In this document: in pieces, positions 1-39,601 of the stretch | Layout of the letters: each line of letters begins with the position of its first letter | Numbering within the stretch: the stretch's first letter is position 1 | Assembly: GCA_973895155.1 (NCBI GenBank) | Contig: OZ316894.1 | Span: forward strand, 11,820,828-11,884,827 | From: Marsupella aquatica | Taxonomy: Eukaryota > Plantae > Marchantiophyta | Reading direction: 5' to 3' | DNA: 64,000 nucleotides | The notes under the pieces: model-generated | Seen by the model: only the letters and a program-made list of their open reading frames with translations | Database searches by the model: none | What the model was told of the DNA's origin: nothing | Position numbers and translations under genes: made by a program

Positions 1-129
1 ACCATTTGAACTGCTGGGCAAGTCTACGTGTTGCCCGACACGTAAACTTGTCACATTACGGCTCCAAAAGGGGCCAAATGATGCATATTCCTCTTTATAT
101 ATTCCCGGCCGGTCCCAAATTCTCCCAAA

Positions 130-330
130 CCCCTTCCCAGCCTGGTCCCGGGCTCCCCTGGTTTAGCGAGCCGGTCCCCTGGTTCGGGGTCAGGTCGGGT
201 CAGGCTCAGAGGTCGGGCTCGGGGCCAGGTTTGGACGGGGTTGGGGCGGAGTTTGGACCGGGTGGTCGGGATGACCGGGTGTCCGGAGTGACGGGTAACG
301 GGGTCCCCTGATTTGCCGGTCAAGGCCAAA
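130..330. repeat. GC-rich short-motif array (ccggt/cggg/ggtc pentamers), possibly a subterminal region of a non-autonomous DNA transposon
   Basis: Dense repeats such as ggttcggggtcaggtcgggtcaggctcagaggtcgggctcgggg. No TIR/TSD pair could be fixed. Confidence 0.35.
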
Positions 331-554
331 CTGGGATTTTTAATCTACAGCTATAATAAGTGATCCTGCCTTTTCATTCTTCGTCTCGTTATGAAATCCA
401 AAATCGGCAAGAATCAAAACTGGCCGTTAGATATTTTGATGGATTATTGTATCCGTTTGATTAGCACTTGCCTTCTCTGGCAAGGCCTCCCATGCCCGTG
501 CCTTCATTATGGACCCCCCTCACAATATACATATAGGGCATCAATGCTCGCAAT

Positions 555-702
555 GCCTCGCCGGCCCTCATGGTGCCTCGCCCTGACGCCCTACCTCGCC
601 CTCCCCTCGGTCCACGCCCTGCCTCGCCCTGACATGCTGCCTCGCCCTCCCCTTGGTCCCGATGCGCTCGCCCTGCCTCTTGCCCCCCAGCCCGACTCCC
701 TA
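555..702. repeat. Degenerate GCCTCGCCC(T) motif array, MITE-like remnant
   Basis: About 6 copies of (g)cctcgccc. The array lies between taggg (~535) and cccta (~698-702). No TSD seen. Confidence 0.4.
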
Positions 703-865
703 TGGGCCGGCCCTCATTGTGTCGTGCAACGCACAGGCAAAGGGCTCGTCAATTATAATTTTGCTGGGCGTCGAATTTATTTGTCTCTAATTACTTTATT
801 GTGCGACCATAATTTCAAGTACGGTACTACTGCAGCACCACGGCACCACGGCTACGCTACAACGC

Positions 866-950
866 CGGTCTACTACTACGACTGCAGCAGCGGTAGCTGT
901 GGCAGTAGCAGTAGCAGTCGCAGTCGCTGGAGTAGCGTAGCGTAGCGTAG
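866..950. repeat. Compound microsatellite (TAC)n/(CAGTAG)n/(CGTAG)n upstream of SYD
   Basis: tactactac, gcagtagcagtagcagtcgcagtcg and gtagcgtagcgtagcgtag are read directly. Confidence 0.8.
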
Positions 951-1079
951 CCCACTCTCATCAATGACCCGACTCGACTGATGGAATGACTCGAAACGCA
1001 TTGTACTGAGGAGTACAGTACAATGTCGATGATGATTTGCAGCGGAAGAAAGTGCGCCGGACCGAAGTGATTCCCCGTT

Positions 1080-1800
1080 CCCGACGGAGCGAGGAAGAAG
1101 CGAGCTGGAGCAAGCGAGCGAGCGAGAGTGATGAGAGAGAGCATGCGAGCAAGAAGAGCGAGACGAGAGAGAGTTTCATAGAGTTTCCGAGAGATGGGAC
1201 CGGTTATCAGGCCTTCCAATAATGCCTCTGCAAAGGTGCGGGCTCACGATTGGTGCAAGATGGAGGATGAGGCAGCTTGATGGAGGAGATCGATGAGGAA
1301 GCTTGGTGGTGGGACTGGCGGTGTCGTTCGTTGCAGATGCGAAGTGAGCAGGAGAGTCTGTTGTGTGGTTGATTTCTCCGGTGGTTGATTTCTGCAGAAG
1401 ACGAGGCCGGCTCTGTGCGTGTTTCGTCACCGGCTCCTGCTTCTAGGGTGTATGTGTGGTCGCATGACTTTAGCCGAGAATCAAGCAAGTGAAAGGAATC
1501 GGCGAAAGGAATCTATCGACGGGCAGGAGAAGGGAATTGTAAGTGAGGGGATTGACGGGAAAGTTCCGTTGTTGGGATCGAGTCGAGGAGGTATTGAGGA
1601 CGAGCTGTGAGGAATGGATGATGGATTACGGGCGGGAGGTGGTCTGGATGCTGGTGTGAATCGCAGTCGTCTGCCATTGCGTCGAGGCATTTCAGAGCGG
1701 TGATGGTCGCTTCCACAGCATTCCTGTGCGAGGCGTTGTGGTGGGGCTGCTGTTGCTCCGCAGCAGTTCAACACTTCTGAGCAGCCGCAACCGGCAATAG
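1080..1800 (+). other. Probable non-coding 5' UTR exon of SYD
   Basis: GA/GC-rich stretch ending in the donor ag|gtacgt at 1800/1801. T-rich intron-like sequence follows, up to acceptor-like CAG just before the ATG at 2951. The start position is a guess. Confidence 0.4.
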
Positions 1801-2950
1801 GTACGTATGTGCTTTGAGCTTACGAAATCCTCTGTAGGATCCTAGTTTTTGACGAGGTAAAGTGAGAGAGATTTGGGTTTAGGGCAATGGTCACTTTGGC
1901 TGCAGCGAAGTGGTACGTAGACTGGCCATTTTATGAATATCACTAACTCCCTAAGAATCGGACGGGGCCCTTCTCGAGACTCAGGCTCGCCATCTGTGAC
2001 CAACAGCAGTCCAGTTCGAGACAGCCGGTCCCAACTAGTTTCTTCTGGTCAAGCTATGATACAGCTCTGTCTGGAGTGAGTTTGTACGCTTGGACAGGCT
2101 GTTCTGTCTCCTCCACGCCTTGAAGGAACGGTTCTGTCCTTCTGGTCAGGTTTAGTTTTTGCCAATCTGATGAGGGGAACGATTATTGCTAAGACAGACC
2201 CATGTTGTGAGTGGCTTAGATCCGCAGCGCACTTCCTTTTAAAGAGGGCTAGCTATGGGCACAGGTGGAAGAGCTCTTCGTGTCAGTGGATCCCCTCCGC
2301 AATCACAAGGGTCTTGGCGCCTGCTTCGCAGTTACACTTTCGCTTGGAGTTGTTTCGCTCCATTGAAGTGGAGCATTTGATAGTTTCCGGTTGAATTATG
2401 GAAGAATTGGGATGTTTGGACCAGAAGTCGCCATTCTGGAACGCATCTGTTTGCGTAGGGTTTGTCAAATTGAAATTATTTTCTTAGATTTCCGTGAATA
2501 AGGGAATTTATCTTGAACATCACGCACGTTCAGCATTGTACCGTGTCCAGAAGCTCAGTGGGAATGGGTCCATCTAAGGCAGCCTAATTAAATGATTCTA
2601 CCCCTTGAAACCCGCAAGCAGCGTGGGGATAAATTAAAACCAGGGCCTTCGAGCTGTACCTGGGCAAGTGTGTACTCGAGTCTGCCTTATCGCTGGCGAG
2701 CTCTTTACCCTTTCTGTAATACGTTTGTAATCGAAATGAGCCTATGGAAGTATCCTAACGTCAGCTGTAGCTGAAGCAGAGTTAAAGATCTTTAGGAATT
2801 GAGGCATCATCAGGAATTCTAAAATTACTTCCCGGCAATTATCCTTTAAGCTGCATTGCCTGTACCACTCGAACTATTCAGTTTGTGTGCGGTAGGAGCT
2901 TGGGTGTTTTGTATTGATGATCAACGAAAGATCCTGTTGCCAGCAGAGAA

Positions 2951-30999
<28,049 letters not shown>

Positions 31000-32392
31000 G
31001 GTAAATGTTATGGAGTTGACTTTAACTCGGGCAGTCCTAAGGACGATGATTAAAATTCTTTGGCAGGTACGTCTTAGACACCATGTCCAGAAACTCCTAG
31101 AATTTATTTGTGCACCTTCAAGTTGCAAAAACATTTGGAACCTAATTGCCAATGTTCTATGCTTCAGGTTCGCCAAAACTAGATTTGACGTCTGTCATCA
31201 TTTCATCAACACCCGAGGGCGGCCATGATGCAGAGCAGTAAGTTAAATGATATGAAATTGACTCCTCGCGCAGTCCATTTGATAAACGGTTCATTCATTC
31301 TAATGAGGTGTTGCTCTCTCTCTCTCTCTACTTTCCCCCATTTTAGTGGTCTTGAAACCAAATCTACATAATTCTTTGTAGGCAGTATCCTTTCCCTTGT
31401 ACAGTAGGCCTCTCCCAATCTATCAGGTTCCATAAATGGTTGGTATTGAAGGCGCAATCCAGCTTTGAATTATTATTGTGAAGGTTATATATTCATGGAA
31501 TCAATTGAGATGCCGCCCCTTGTCACTGCAACCTGAGTTATATATTACTACCAACGATACTACGCCATCTGAGTTCTGAATTGTCGCGTCTTTTCCAGCT
31601 GAAAAATTGAGACCTCGTTTTACTTAGTAACTGGACACAAAGGAAGCATAGCAGGAATGTGGATATAGGACTCGTGCAGTCCATGTTTAACCAATGATTG
31701 ATGTGAAGTTTTAGGACCATTTCTGAATTACTGAAACTGAGGGAACTTATGCAGCCGATGCTTCTTGTTCTCGATGGGCATCCAGATCACAACACCCAAA
31801 TCTGGAGACCATCTTCAACTTAGTTTAGAAGTCATAAATTTTGGTGTGACTGTTTTGAACAATTTCTTAATTAAGCTGGAACGAAGAAACTTATCCAGCC
31901 AATGTTTCTCGTTCTCAATGGGCGTTTAGAGCACAACGTGCAAGTCTAGATCATCTTACAACGTAGTTTAGAGCTGTTAAACTAGGTGGGAACTTCTGCG
32001 AAATTGCCCTATCTTATCCTGTTCGCAGTTTGTCCCAAGGTTTGCACTTAATAGATGGTAGACTGTAGTTGAAATTTGTATGTTACTAGGTGTAGTCAAC
32101 AAAGGTGTTACCTAGGTGAACCAAAGCAATCGCAAGCTACATGGTGGCCAAGTGAGCCATTGGAACATGTAGGATGGGTGCGTTGACATAGCAGGCAGTA
32201 TGAGCTTGGAGCTAGTCTATCTGTATAAGGTTATGCATAAGGGCCTGTTTCTTCTTGTAGAGCACCCGCCCCCCCCCCACCCACCCAAAGAAAGAAAAAA
32301 GAGGAAAAAACTCGGATCCCCAGAAGTTGCATTCCGGGGTGTATCATTGAGCAAACCTAAATTACTCTTTTACATGGGTTATGGAAAGTTTT

Positions 32393-32662
32393 GCATGTAG
32401 ATGGGCTTTAAAAAAGTCTTAATTTGGTGTTGCATGTAAATGGACCTCAAAAGAATGGTCTGAATTTGGTCTTGCATGTAGATGGGCCTTAAAGAATGAT
32501 CTTAATTCGGCCTTGCATGGGCCTTGAAAGAACGATCTAAATTCGGCCTTGCATGGGCCTTGAAAGAAAGATCTTAATCTGGCCTTGCATGTAGATGGCC
32601 TTAAAATAATGAACTTAATATGGTCCTGCATGTAGATGGGCCTTAAAGAATGATCTTAATTT
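32393..32662. repeat. Minisatellite with ~37-44-bp unit (GCATGTAGATGGGCCTTAAAGAATGATCTTAATT...), 6-7 copies
   Basis: Recurrent gcatg(tagat)gggcctt..aagaa.gatcttaatt. Confidence 0.85.
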
Positions 32663-32715
32663 GTTACCTGGTCAATTGATGTACTTTTTTTTATCTTTCT
32701 TGTAGCTTGAATACT

Positions 32716-32787
32716 AGGAGTTTAATAAGGTTTGAAGGAGGTGAGTGCTCAGTTTACATCCCTTGTCTCAAACCTTATTAAGCTCCT
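32716..32787. repeat. Small foldback with 20-bp arms and 1 mismatch
   Basis: aggagtttaataaggtttga ... tcaaaccttattaagctcct. Confidence 0.8.
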
Positions 32788-32907
32788 CTATGTCTTATTG
32801 TGACCTTTCAAGCCAAACATTTCCAACAACCTGCAAAATGAGCTCACAGTGGAGCTCATGAATTGGCTTGAGAAATTAAAATATTGGTTTACAAATAATG
32901 GAGTTAT

Positions 32908-33014
32908 TGTTTGATGGTGATAATAATGGTATCAGTATAGTCTTGGTAATGGTACATATGGTGGTGCCGGGATGACCGGCTGATCCGGTCCTCCGGTCAA
33001 GGTAGAGTCTAACA
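32908..33014 (-). repeat. 3' LTR (107 bp)
   Basis: tgtttgatggtgataataatgg...ggtagagtctaaca, a direct repeat of 39602-39708. Confidence 0.97.
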
Positions 33015-33023
33015 CTCCCCTTT
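33015..33023 (-). other. Polypurine tract
   Basis: Minus strand AAAGGGGAG directly abuts the 3' LTR. Confidence 0.85.
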
Positions 33024-33367
33024 GGATATATAGTGCAACTATATAGACAACATAGACTATACCTAAATTATATCATGTTCATAGGGGTACATGATATAAG
33101 TACAATCGAGGTAGACTGCCTCGTTAAAAAACCTTTATCAACTCTAGCTTAGTAAAAACTCTACCAGTGTAGCAGAGAAAAATATGAGTGCTAAAGGAAA
33201 AAGAGTGCAGCCTAACAGTCCTCGTCGTAATAAATGTCAATAGTAAATAAAGTTAGATGTTATAGTAAATCTAGCTTGAATATTTGTTTCATCAGTCGGT
33301 CGTCATCAGCATGTCGTCAGCATCATCAAGTGTCATGTGGAGTAGCAGCCTCCACGGTCATCATGCG

Positions 33368-36300
33368 TCACACGCTCCGTAGTCCAATCGCCTGGCAGTG
33401 TCGGTGGTGAACTGATGGCGATAGTGATTTGGTGAAGAGATCCGCACAGTTGTCTGCACTTGAAATCTGCAAAATGTTGATCTCTTTTCCATGTAACTCG
33501 TGGGTGTAGAAAAACTTTGGAGCTATATGCTTCACGCGATCGCCTTTGATGAATCCTTTCGTGATCTGCTGTATACATGCTGCGTTATCCTCAAAAATGT
33601 TAGTAGGCTTCGTTAGTGGTGGTAGGCCGCATTTGGTGTTGATGTGGTTTATAAAGGATCGTAACCAAACGGCTTCACGACTAGCCTCATGTAGAGCTAA
33701 GATTTCTGAGTGATTTGATGAGGTTGCTGTTAGGGTCTGTTTCACACTTTTCCAAGAAAAAGCGGTACCCCCTATAGTAAAAACGTATCCGGTTTGGGAT
33801 TTTGCGGTATCAGTGTCAGAAAGATATCCGGCATCCGCATATCCTATGAGCTCGTGGTTTGCACCGAATGGGTAAAATAACCCTGTATCGGTGGTGCCAC
33901 GCAGATATCTAAATACGTGCTTAACTCCGTTCCAGTGTTTGGCTGTGGGAGTTGCACTATGTCTGGCTAGTAAGTTAACTGCAAATGCAATGTCTGGTCT
34001 GGTCTGATTCGCTAGGTACATTAATGCTCCTATTGCAGAAAGATACGGAGTTTCTGGTCCTAATAGTGGTTCATGTTCTTCGCGTTTGCGAAAAACATCA
34101 GTATTGTTTTCTAATGAACGTACAACCATTGGTGACGTCAATGGGTGTGCTAGGTTCATATTGAATTGTTTTAGGATCTTTTCGGTTTGTGTGGTCTGAT
34201 GGAGCATCATGCCAGTGGGTAGTATTTCTAGTTGTAAACCTAAGCAAAAATTTGTATGTCCAAGGTCTTTCATCTCAAATGTGGATTTAAGACTGGTAAT
34301 TGTATCTTCTGTAAGTTGGGGTGTCCCAAATATATTTAAGTCATCAACATAGATAGAAACGATGACATATTCATCATCCACATGTTTAATAAATAAACAT
34401 GGTGTAATGGCATCATGGGAAAAACCCATGGCAATCATTTTATCAGTAAATCTTTGATACCATACTCTGCCACTTTGTTTCAGGCCATATAATGCCTTCA
34501 ACACACGGATAGCTAGTCCGCGGCGAGTATTCTGTACGGTTGACACAGCGGTGTCGTTGTTATGAGTTACATGTGTAGATGACACATTAGGTGTAACTTG
34601 AGATAATTGTGTGATAATCTTATGTAAATATGGGATGTGCGATTTAGCGCCTTGAGCTAAAGCTCGACGACGTTGCTCCAACTCAGGAGGTGATCGCATA
34701 TATAGACAGGTGTCTAATGTGCCATATAAATATGCAGTTGCAACATCTAATTGTCGCATTTGTAGTTGGTGGAAAATGGCAAATCCGATTAAATATCGGA
34801 ATGTTGTGCTATCCATAACCGGTGAGTAAGTTTCATCGTAATGAATTCCCGGTTGTTGGGTAAATCCTTTCCCTACCAGACGTGCTTTGTAGCGTACAAC
34901 TTGGCCTTTATCATTTCTTTTGCGGACAAATGTCCATTTGTAGCCAATTAGGTGTACGTCTTGTGGTGTTGGCTCGACTGGGCCAAAAGTGTGTCTGCTG
35001 AGTAGGGAATCTAATTCTCCATTTATAGCTTTTTGCCATTCAGGCCAATTTGGTCTGTTTTGGCATTCTAAGATAGATATTGGTTCAGGTGTATCGTCAG
35101 TGATATGTGTTGCCACCATTAATGCAAAAGCATCATCTATTGAAGTAGTATTTCTATTCCACATTGCACCTGTGTGTGCGTAGTGGATAGAGATCTCTTC
35201 ATGAGATGTAGGTTCGGTATGATCGACATCAGGTGAAGGTGGTATAGATGAACCACGCCTTCTTGGTTGTTTATCTTTTGATCCCAAAGGTCTGCCTCGT
35301 TTTGCACGAGGTTGGGATGTACTAGCTGGCTCACTTGATAATTCGATGCGAGTAGATGCTCTCGCAGCTGGAATATGTGAGCGGCTAACTTGGGATGTAT
35401 CGACGAAAGCGTCGGGAAGTTCTTCCACAATCTTGTGGAGTTGTAAAATTCTTTGAACTTCTTTCTCCCCTTGATTCGTTCTAAGGTCTTGCCAAAATGG
35501 CGAGTGTCTTTCCCACTCCAGAGGTGGTTGTGGGTGTTCAGGGGTTATTAATGGTGGATAAATGTGTTCATCAAAATGACAATCTAGAAATCTGGCTTTA
35601 AAAACATCGCCAGTTGTGGGCTCCATATATCGGATTATGGATGGTGAGTCGAATCCGATGTATATCCCCAACTGTCGTTGGGGTCCCATCTTGGTTCGTT
35701 TAGGTGGAGTAATGGGGACCATTACCTGACATCCAAATGAACGAAGATGTGATAGGTTAGGTTTAATACCGTTAGCTATTTGGTATGGGCTATAGGTATT
35801 AAAAGCTGATGGGCGATATTGGATTAATTCATTCGCCTGTAATATGGCGTGTCCCCATGCTGAGACGGGGAGTTTTGACTGCATTAGTAATGGGCGTGCA
35901 ATTAACTGAAGACGTTTAATTACCGCTTCAGCTAATCCATTCTGGAAATGCACATGAGGTACAAGATATTGTACGTCTATGCCAAGTGATGTGCAAAAGT
36001 CATCAAACGTTTCGGATGTGAATTCCCCTGCATTGTCTACCCTTAGTGTCTTAATGGGGTGATCTGGGAATTGTGCTTTCACGCGCAAGATTTGCGCCAA
36101 AATACGAGGTATAACCATGTTCCTCGTTGAAAGCAGTGTCACATTTGACCATTTGGTTGATGCGTCAATTAAAACCATAAAGTAGCGGAAAGGTCCGCTT
36201 GGTGGGTTAATTGGCCCGCAGACATCAGCATGGATTATTTCCAAGAATTGGGGTATTTTAGTTGGCAATTTTGATGTCATGGGCCTTGTTATTAACTTGC

Positions 36301-38002
36301 CGCGTGAGCATGCAGTGCATGGAGTGCTCACTGGGATGTGGCGTGTATTGATTGGAATGCCACTTGAATTCTTAATGATTTTTGTTAGCATTGATTGGCC
36401 GGGGTGGCCGAGGCGTGCATGCCATAGCGCATGCAATTCGCTTGTATTGGCGTTGTTATGCAGGCATTCAATTTGTGTTATGTAAAACCCGCAGGGATAC
36501 GAGAAAAGTGTCTCTTTAATTATTTTCCCCTTAAGGGTGTTTTCAACCAAGTGAATGACCTCTTGGTCTCTGGTATCGCCCGTTTGGACATGTAGCCCAT
36601 TTGCTCGTATATCTCTAAAGCTAAGGAGATTACGAGTTGCGTTTGGGGCGAAAATGGCAGATTCTATGTGTATTTCAGTACCATGCGGGAGTCTAATAGA
36701 GGCTGGGCCGAAGCCCTCTTCTATTTGACTAGGACCATTTATAGTGGTCAGGGATCTACGTGAGGGTGTAATCTTGTGGAAAAGGTGCCTATCCCTGAGG
36801 ATAGTGTGCGTGGTCGCACTGTCGATAATACATGTGCTTGGGCTATTTAAATCTGGTGTAGTGGAGCTACTTGCCACTAAGTGTGCCTCTGGTTGGGCGG
36901 GTAGGTCTGAAAAGTCTTGGAATGGGTCGCTAGATTCCATAAACGCCCCGTGGGTTTCACGGGGTGGTGGTCTTGAGGTTTGTCTATCCTGGATGGACCG
37001 TTGATATAAATCTCTGAGGTGTTGTGGGATTCTACAGTTTCGCGCGAAGTGGTTTGTCATGCCACATTCATGGCATTTCGGTCGTTCCCGTTGTTGTCGG
37101 GGTTGTGACCGATCATTCCTACGGTTGTTGTTGTATGGTCTACCACCACCGCGTCCGCCGCGTTCACCTCGTCCTCCACGTCCGCCGCGTCCATCGCGTC
37201 CTCCACGTCCTCCGCGTCCTCCACGTCCACTAAAGGACCGTCTGAAATTGTGTTGTGGGCGTTGGTTAAAGAAACTCCCCTTGTTGGGGTTGTTTCTATG
37301 GTTGCCATTCCTACTGCGCTTAATGCCCTGCCTTGATGTGGAGGGTTCAGCGGTGTCGGTAAGATGTGTTTCACTCTGTGATCCTGAGGGCAGTGTGCCC
37401 GCAGGACGTTTTCTGGAATTAACTAAAAGGAGTTCTTGGTTTCTCTCTGTGACTAGGAGGTGGGCTATGAGCTCGGAGTATTGCCCGAACTTTATGTTTC
37501 GATACTGTGTTGATAGCCACACATTCGATGAGTGAAATGTCGACAAGGTCTTCTCTAGCAGATCCTTGTCCGTGACCGGCTCGCCACATAGTGCGAGGGT
37601 TGAGGATATTCTAAAGAGTTCGCTATTGTAGGCTGAAATTGAGGTGAAGTCCTGGACCCGCAAGTTGAGCCAGTCTTGTCTGGCTCTAGGTAATTCGACC
37701 AGTTTCTGGTGGTCGAATCGGGTCTGTAGGGCTGTCCATAGTTCCCGAGGGGTCGAAAGGTGCATGTATTGTCTCTGGAGGAATCTATGGATGTGGCGTC
37801 TCAGGAATACTAGGGCTTTCGATTCGTTGGCTTTAGTTAATGGGTCTGGTTGGGGTTCGCCAGCTAGTATAGGTTGAGCCATCCCTATAGCTGGGAGTAG
37901 GGTTAGCAAGGTTAGGTTTTCTTTTAGGTTCATGGACCATTCTAGGTAGTTGCCGCCATCTATTTCTAGGGCGGGGAAGTTGAGTTTCTCAAGGTTGGTC
38001 AT
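33368..38002 (-). CDS. Copia Gag-Pol polyprotein (Gag, Zn knuckle, protease, integrase, RT, RNase H), 1544 aa, uninterrupted
   Basis: Zn knuckle CHECGMTNHFARNC; protease CIIDSATTHT; WHARLGHP; integrase IHADVCGP, RVDNAGEF, QNGLAE; Bianca-type KRTKMGPQRQLGIYIGFDSPSIIRYMEP; RT RYKARLV, ALYGLKQSGRVW, IYVDDL; RNase H GYADAGYLSD, FEDNAACI, ADLFTKSL. Confidence 0.97.
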   Translation of the reverse strand: MTNLEKLNFPALEIDGGNYLEWSMNLKENLTLLTLLPAIGMAQPILAGEPQPDPLTKANESKALVFLRRHIHRFLQRQYMHLSTPRELWTALQTRFDHQKLVELPRARQDWLNLRVQDFTSISAYNSELFRISSTLALCGEPVTDKDLLEKTLSTFHSSNVWLSTQYRNIKFGQYSELIAHLLVTERNQELLLVNSRKRPAGTLPSGSQSETHLTDTAEPSTSRQGIKRSRNGNHRNNPNKGSFFNQRPQHNFRRSFSGRGGRGGRGGRDGRGGRGGRGERGGRGGGRPYNNNRRNDRSQPRQQRERPKCHECGMTNHFARNCRIPQHLRDLYQRSIQDRQTSRPPPRETHGAFMESSDPFQDFSDLPAQPEAHLVASSSTTPDLNSPSTCIIDSATTHTILRDRHLFHKITPSRRSLTTINGPSQIEEGFGPASIRLPHGTEIHIESAIFAPNATRNLLSFRDIRANGLHVQTGDTRDQEVIHLVENTLKGKIIKETLFSYPCGFYITQIECLHNNANTSELHALWHARLGHPGQSMLTKIIKNSSGIPINTRHIPVSTPCTACSRGKLITRPMTSKLPTKIPQFLEIIHADVCGPINPPSGPFRYFMVLIDASTKWSNVTLLSTRNMVIPRILAQILRVKAQFPDHPIKTLRVDNAGEFTSETFDDFCTSLGIDVQYLVPHVHFQNGLAEAVIKRLQLIARPLLMQSKLPVSAWGHAILQANELIQYRPSAFNTYSPYQIANGIKPNLSHLRSFGCQVMVPITPPKRTKMGPQRQLGIYIGFDSPSIIRYMEPTTGDVFKARFLDCHFDEHIYPPLITPEHPQPPLEWERHSPFWQDLRTNQGEKEVQRILQLHKIVEELPDAFVDTSQVSRSHIPAARASTRIELSSEPASTSQPRAKRGRPLGSKDKQPRRRGSSIPPSPDVDHTEPTSHEEISIHYAHTGAMWNRNTTSIDDAFALMVATHITDDTPEPISILECQNRPNWPEWQKAINGELDSLLSRHTFGPVEPTPQDVHLIGYKWTFVRKRNDKGQVVRYKARLVGKGFTQQPGIHYDETYSPVMDSTTFRYLIGFAIFHQLQMRQLDVATAYLYGTLDTCLYMRSPPELEQRRRALAQGAKSHIPYLHKIITQLSQVTPNVSSTHVTHNNDTAVSTVQNTRRGLAIRVLKALYGLKQSGRVWYQRFTDKMIAMGFSHDAITPCLFIKHVDDEYVIVSIYVDDLNIFGTPQLTEDTITSLKSTFEMKDLGHTNFCLGLQLEILPTGMMLHQTTQTEKILKQFNMNLAHPLTSPMVVRSLENNTDVFRKREEHEPLLGPETPYLSAIGALMYLANQTRPDIAFAVNLLARHSATPTAKHWNGVKHVFRYLRGTTDTGLFYPFGANHELIGYADAGYLSDTDTAKSQTGYVFTIGGTAFSWKSVKQTLTATSSNHSEILALHEASREAVWLRSFINHINTKCGLPPLTKPTNIFEDNAACIQQITKGFIKGDRVKHIAPKFFYTHELHGKEINILQISSADNCADLFTKSLSPSVHHRHCQAIGLRSV

Positions 38003-39587
38003 CTCTAAGGTCCTGGCGTGCAGCGGTGGTGTGCGTGTTTATATATAATATATATAGTCAAAAGACAATGCACATTTGCCGCATGCAATGGTGGAGAAAG
38101 GGTTGAGGATATCAATCTAGGTCACTGGCGAGTAAAGCAGGAATGTTTGGGTTTTTGCAGAATTTAGGGTTTGCACTTATTAAGTTGGTTTTCTTTGTGA
38201 ATGTGTAACTGCAAGGTTTCCTTTGTATTATCTTTTTTCTGTGTTAAGCTGTGCAGTAATGAGGTTTTGCAGTTTGTGCAGTTATTGGTGGTAATTTACT
38301 CGTGACTTGGTTAAGTGCACTTTCTGCTTTGTAAATGAAGTCTCTTTGATGAACGTTGCAATTAAAGAGGGTTTTGCGGTTATGTGCGGTTATGGAGCGT
38401 GCACTTAGCGGATTTCGATCGGGCTCGACGTTTTGTCGATGAAATGTGGCGCAATTGTCCCCTCTTGGTGGCCCCCTTTTCACTTCTCTGGTTCATTTCC
38501 TCCTTCAATGTCGTTCTCGGGCACTCTTCTCTGGTGCGCCATCATTTTTCGAAATCTCTCAGGTCGTTTTGCCGCTACTGCTTGCGAGTGTCTGTATGGG
38601 CAACGTTCGGAATGGTTCGCTTCACGTAACCTCAGCAAAAACTTACGGCCTTACCATGCGTCCATGTTTGCTTCCGTTTTTGAAAGTTGCTGTGGCCTTA
38701 TGATTTCTCTTCCGGGCTGATCCACACGTTTTCACTTCCTGTGTCCTTACGAGTTTATTTTCTTCCTTCTCCTTTCCGCTTCGTCTCGGAGTGGCAGTCT
38801 CTTCGCCGTAGTCCTGTGAAAGTTTCTTAGCTTGCTTCTGTATGCTTCGATCCTTCCTTCGGTCGATCTCACCTAATCTCTATTTCTTGCCTTAATTTTT
38901 CGATCCTGTGCGCTGGCCAAGATCGATTGTCTGCTGCGCCTTTGCTTATCCGATTACACTCGCCTCTCTGCTTTTCTTGTGGATTTTGATCTTCCGCTGC
39001 TAGCGGCCCTCCGTTCGGGTGCCTCCTTAATTTTTCTGTCCCTTCTCTTGGTTCTCATCGATTCTCCTCGATGTCTCTATCCTCGATGCCTCGGTTCTTC
39101 AATCTTCGATCCTCCGATCCTCGGTATCATTTCGCTTTTTAGTCTGGTGTCCTTATCATTCTCTTTCTGCTTTGGCTTCATTGATCCTTGGTGGTTGGGG
39201 TAATCGGACCCGTGCTGCGTCTTCCTCTCTCGATTGCTGCCAGCGTTCGGTCCGACGTCTCTTTTGGCCCTCTCTATTCTCTTTCGAGAATTGAATATGC
39301 GTGACTTTGGGCCTGGCTCTGTGTTCTACCGATGCCCTTACGAATCTCCTTGCGTTCTCTCTCGCTCACTCATTCTCTCATCTCCTTCCTGCATACGGCC
39401 TTCTGCCTTGTGATGTCCTTATGAATTGACGATTTTTCCTAAGGGAAAAGAATGAGACCCATGGTCCATTGCTGTCGAAAGCTGCACGCTTCCTTCCGAT
39501 CTCTTATTTGTCTTACTCAATCATTACTCAATTCGCCATGGCTCTTCGAAAAAAAATCTTAGCCTCCTTGCTCAGCCTCGGTGAGTC

Positions 39588-39601
39588 TCGTGCTGATAAC
39601 G
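39588..39601 (-). other. Primer-binding site complementary to the anticodon half of tRNA-Ile (half-tRNA priming)
   Basis: Minus strand CGTTATCAGCACGA follows the 5' LTR. Its complement TCGTGCTGATAACG resembles the tRNA-Ile anticodon stem-loop rather than a TGG...CCA 3'-end PBS. This is the type I recall for Bianca elements. Confidence 0.75.

Noticed and set aside
6-2800. Many short ORFs upstream of SYD, such as 391-945 and 857-1219
   Set aside because: They translate GC-rich repeats, microsatellites, UTR and intron sequence. No recognisable domains.
37059-37535. Pro/Arg-rich + strand ORF (PPRPPR...)
   Set aside because: Antisense reading of the Gag RGG tract.
39588-39601. tRNA-like sequence as a tRNA gene
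   Set aside because: Only a 14-nt anticodon-arm match next to the LTR. It is the PBS and no cloverleaf is present.
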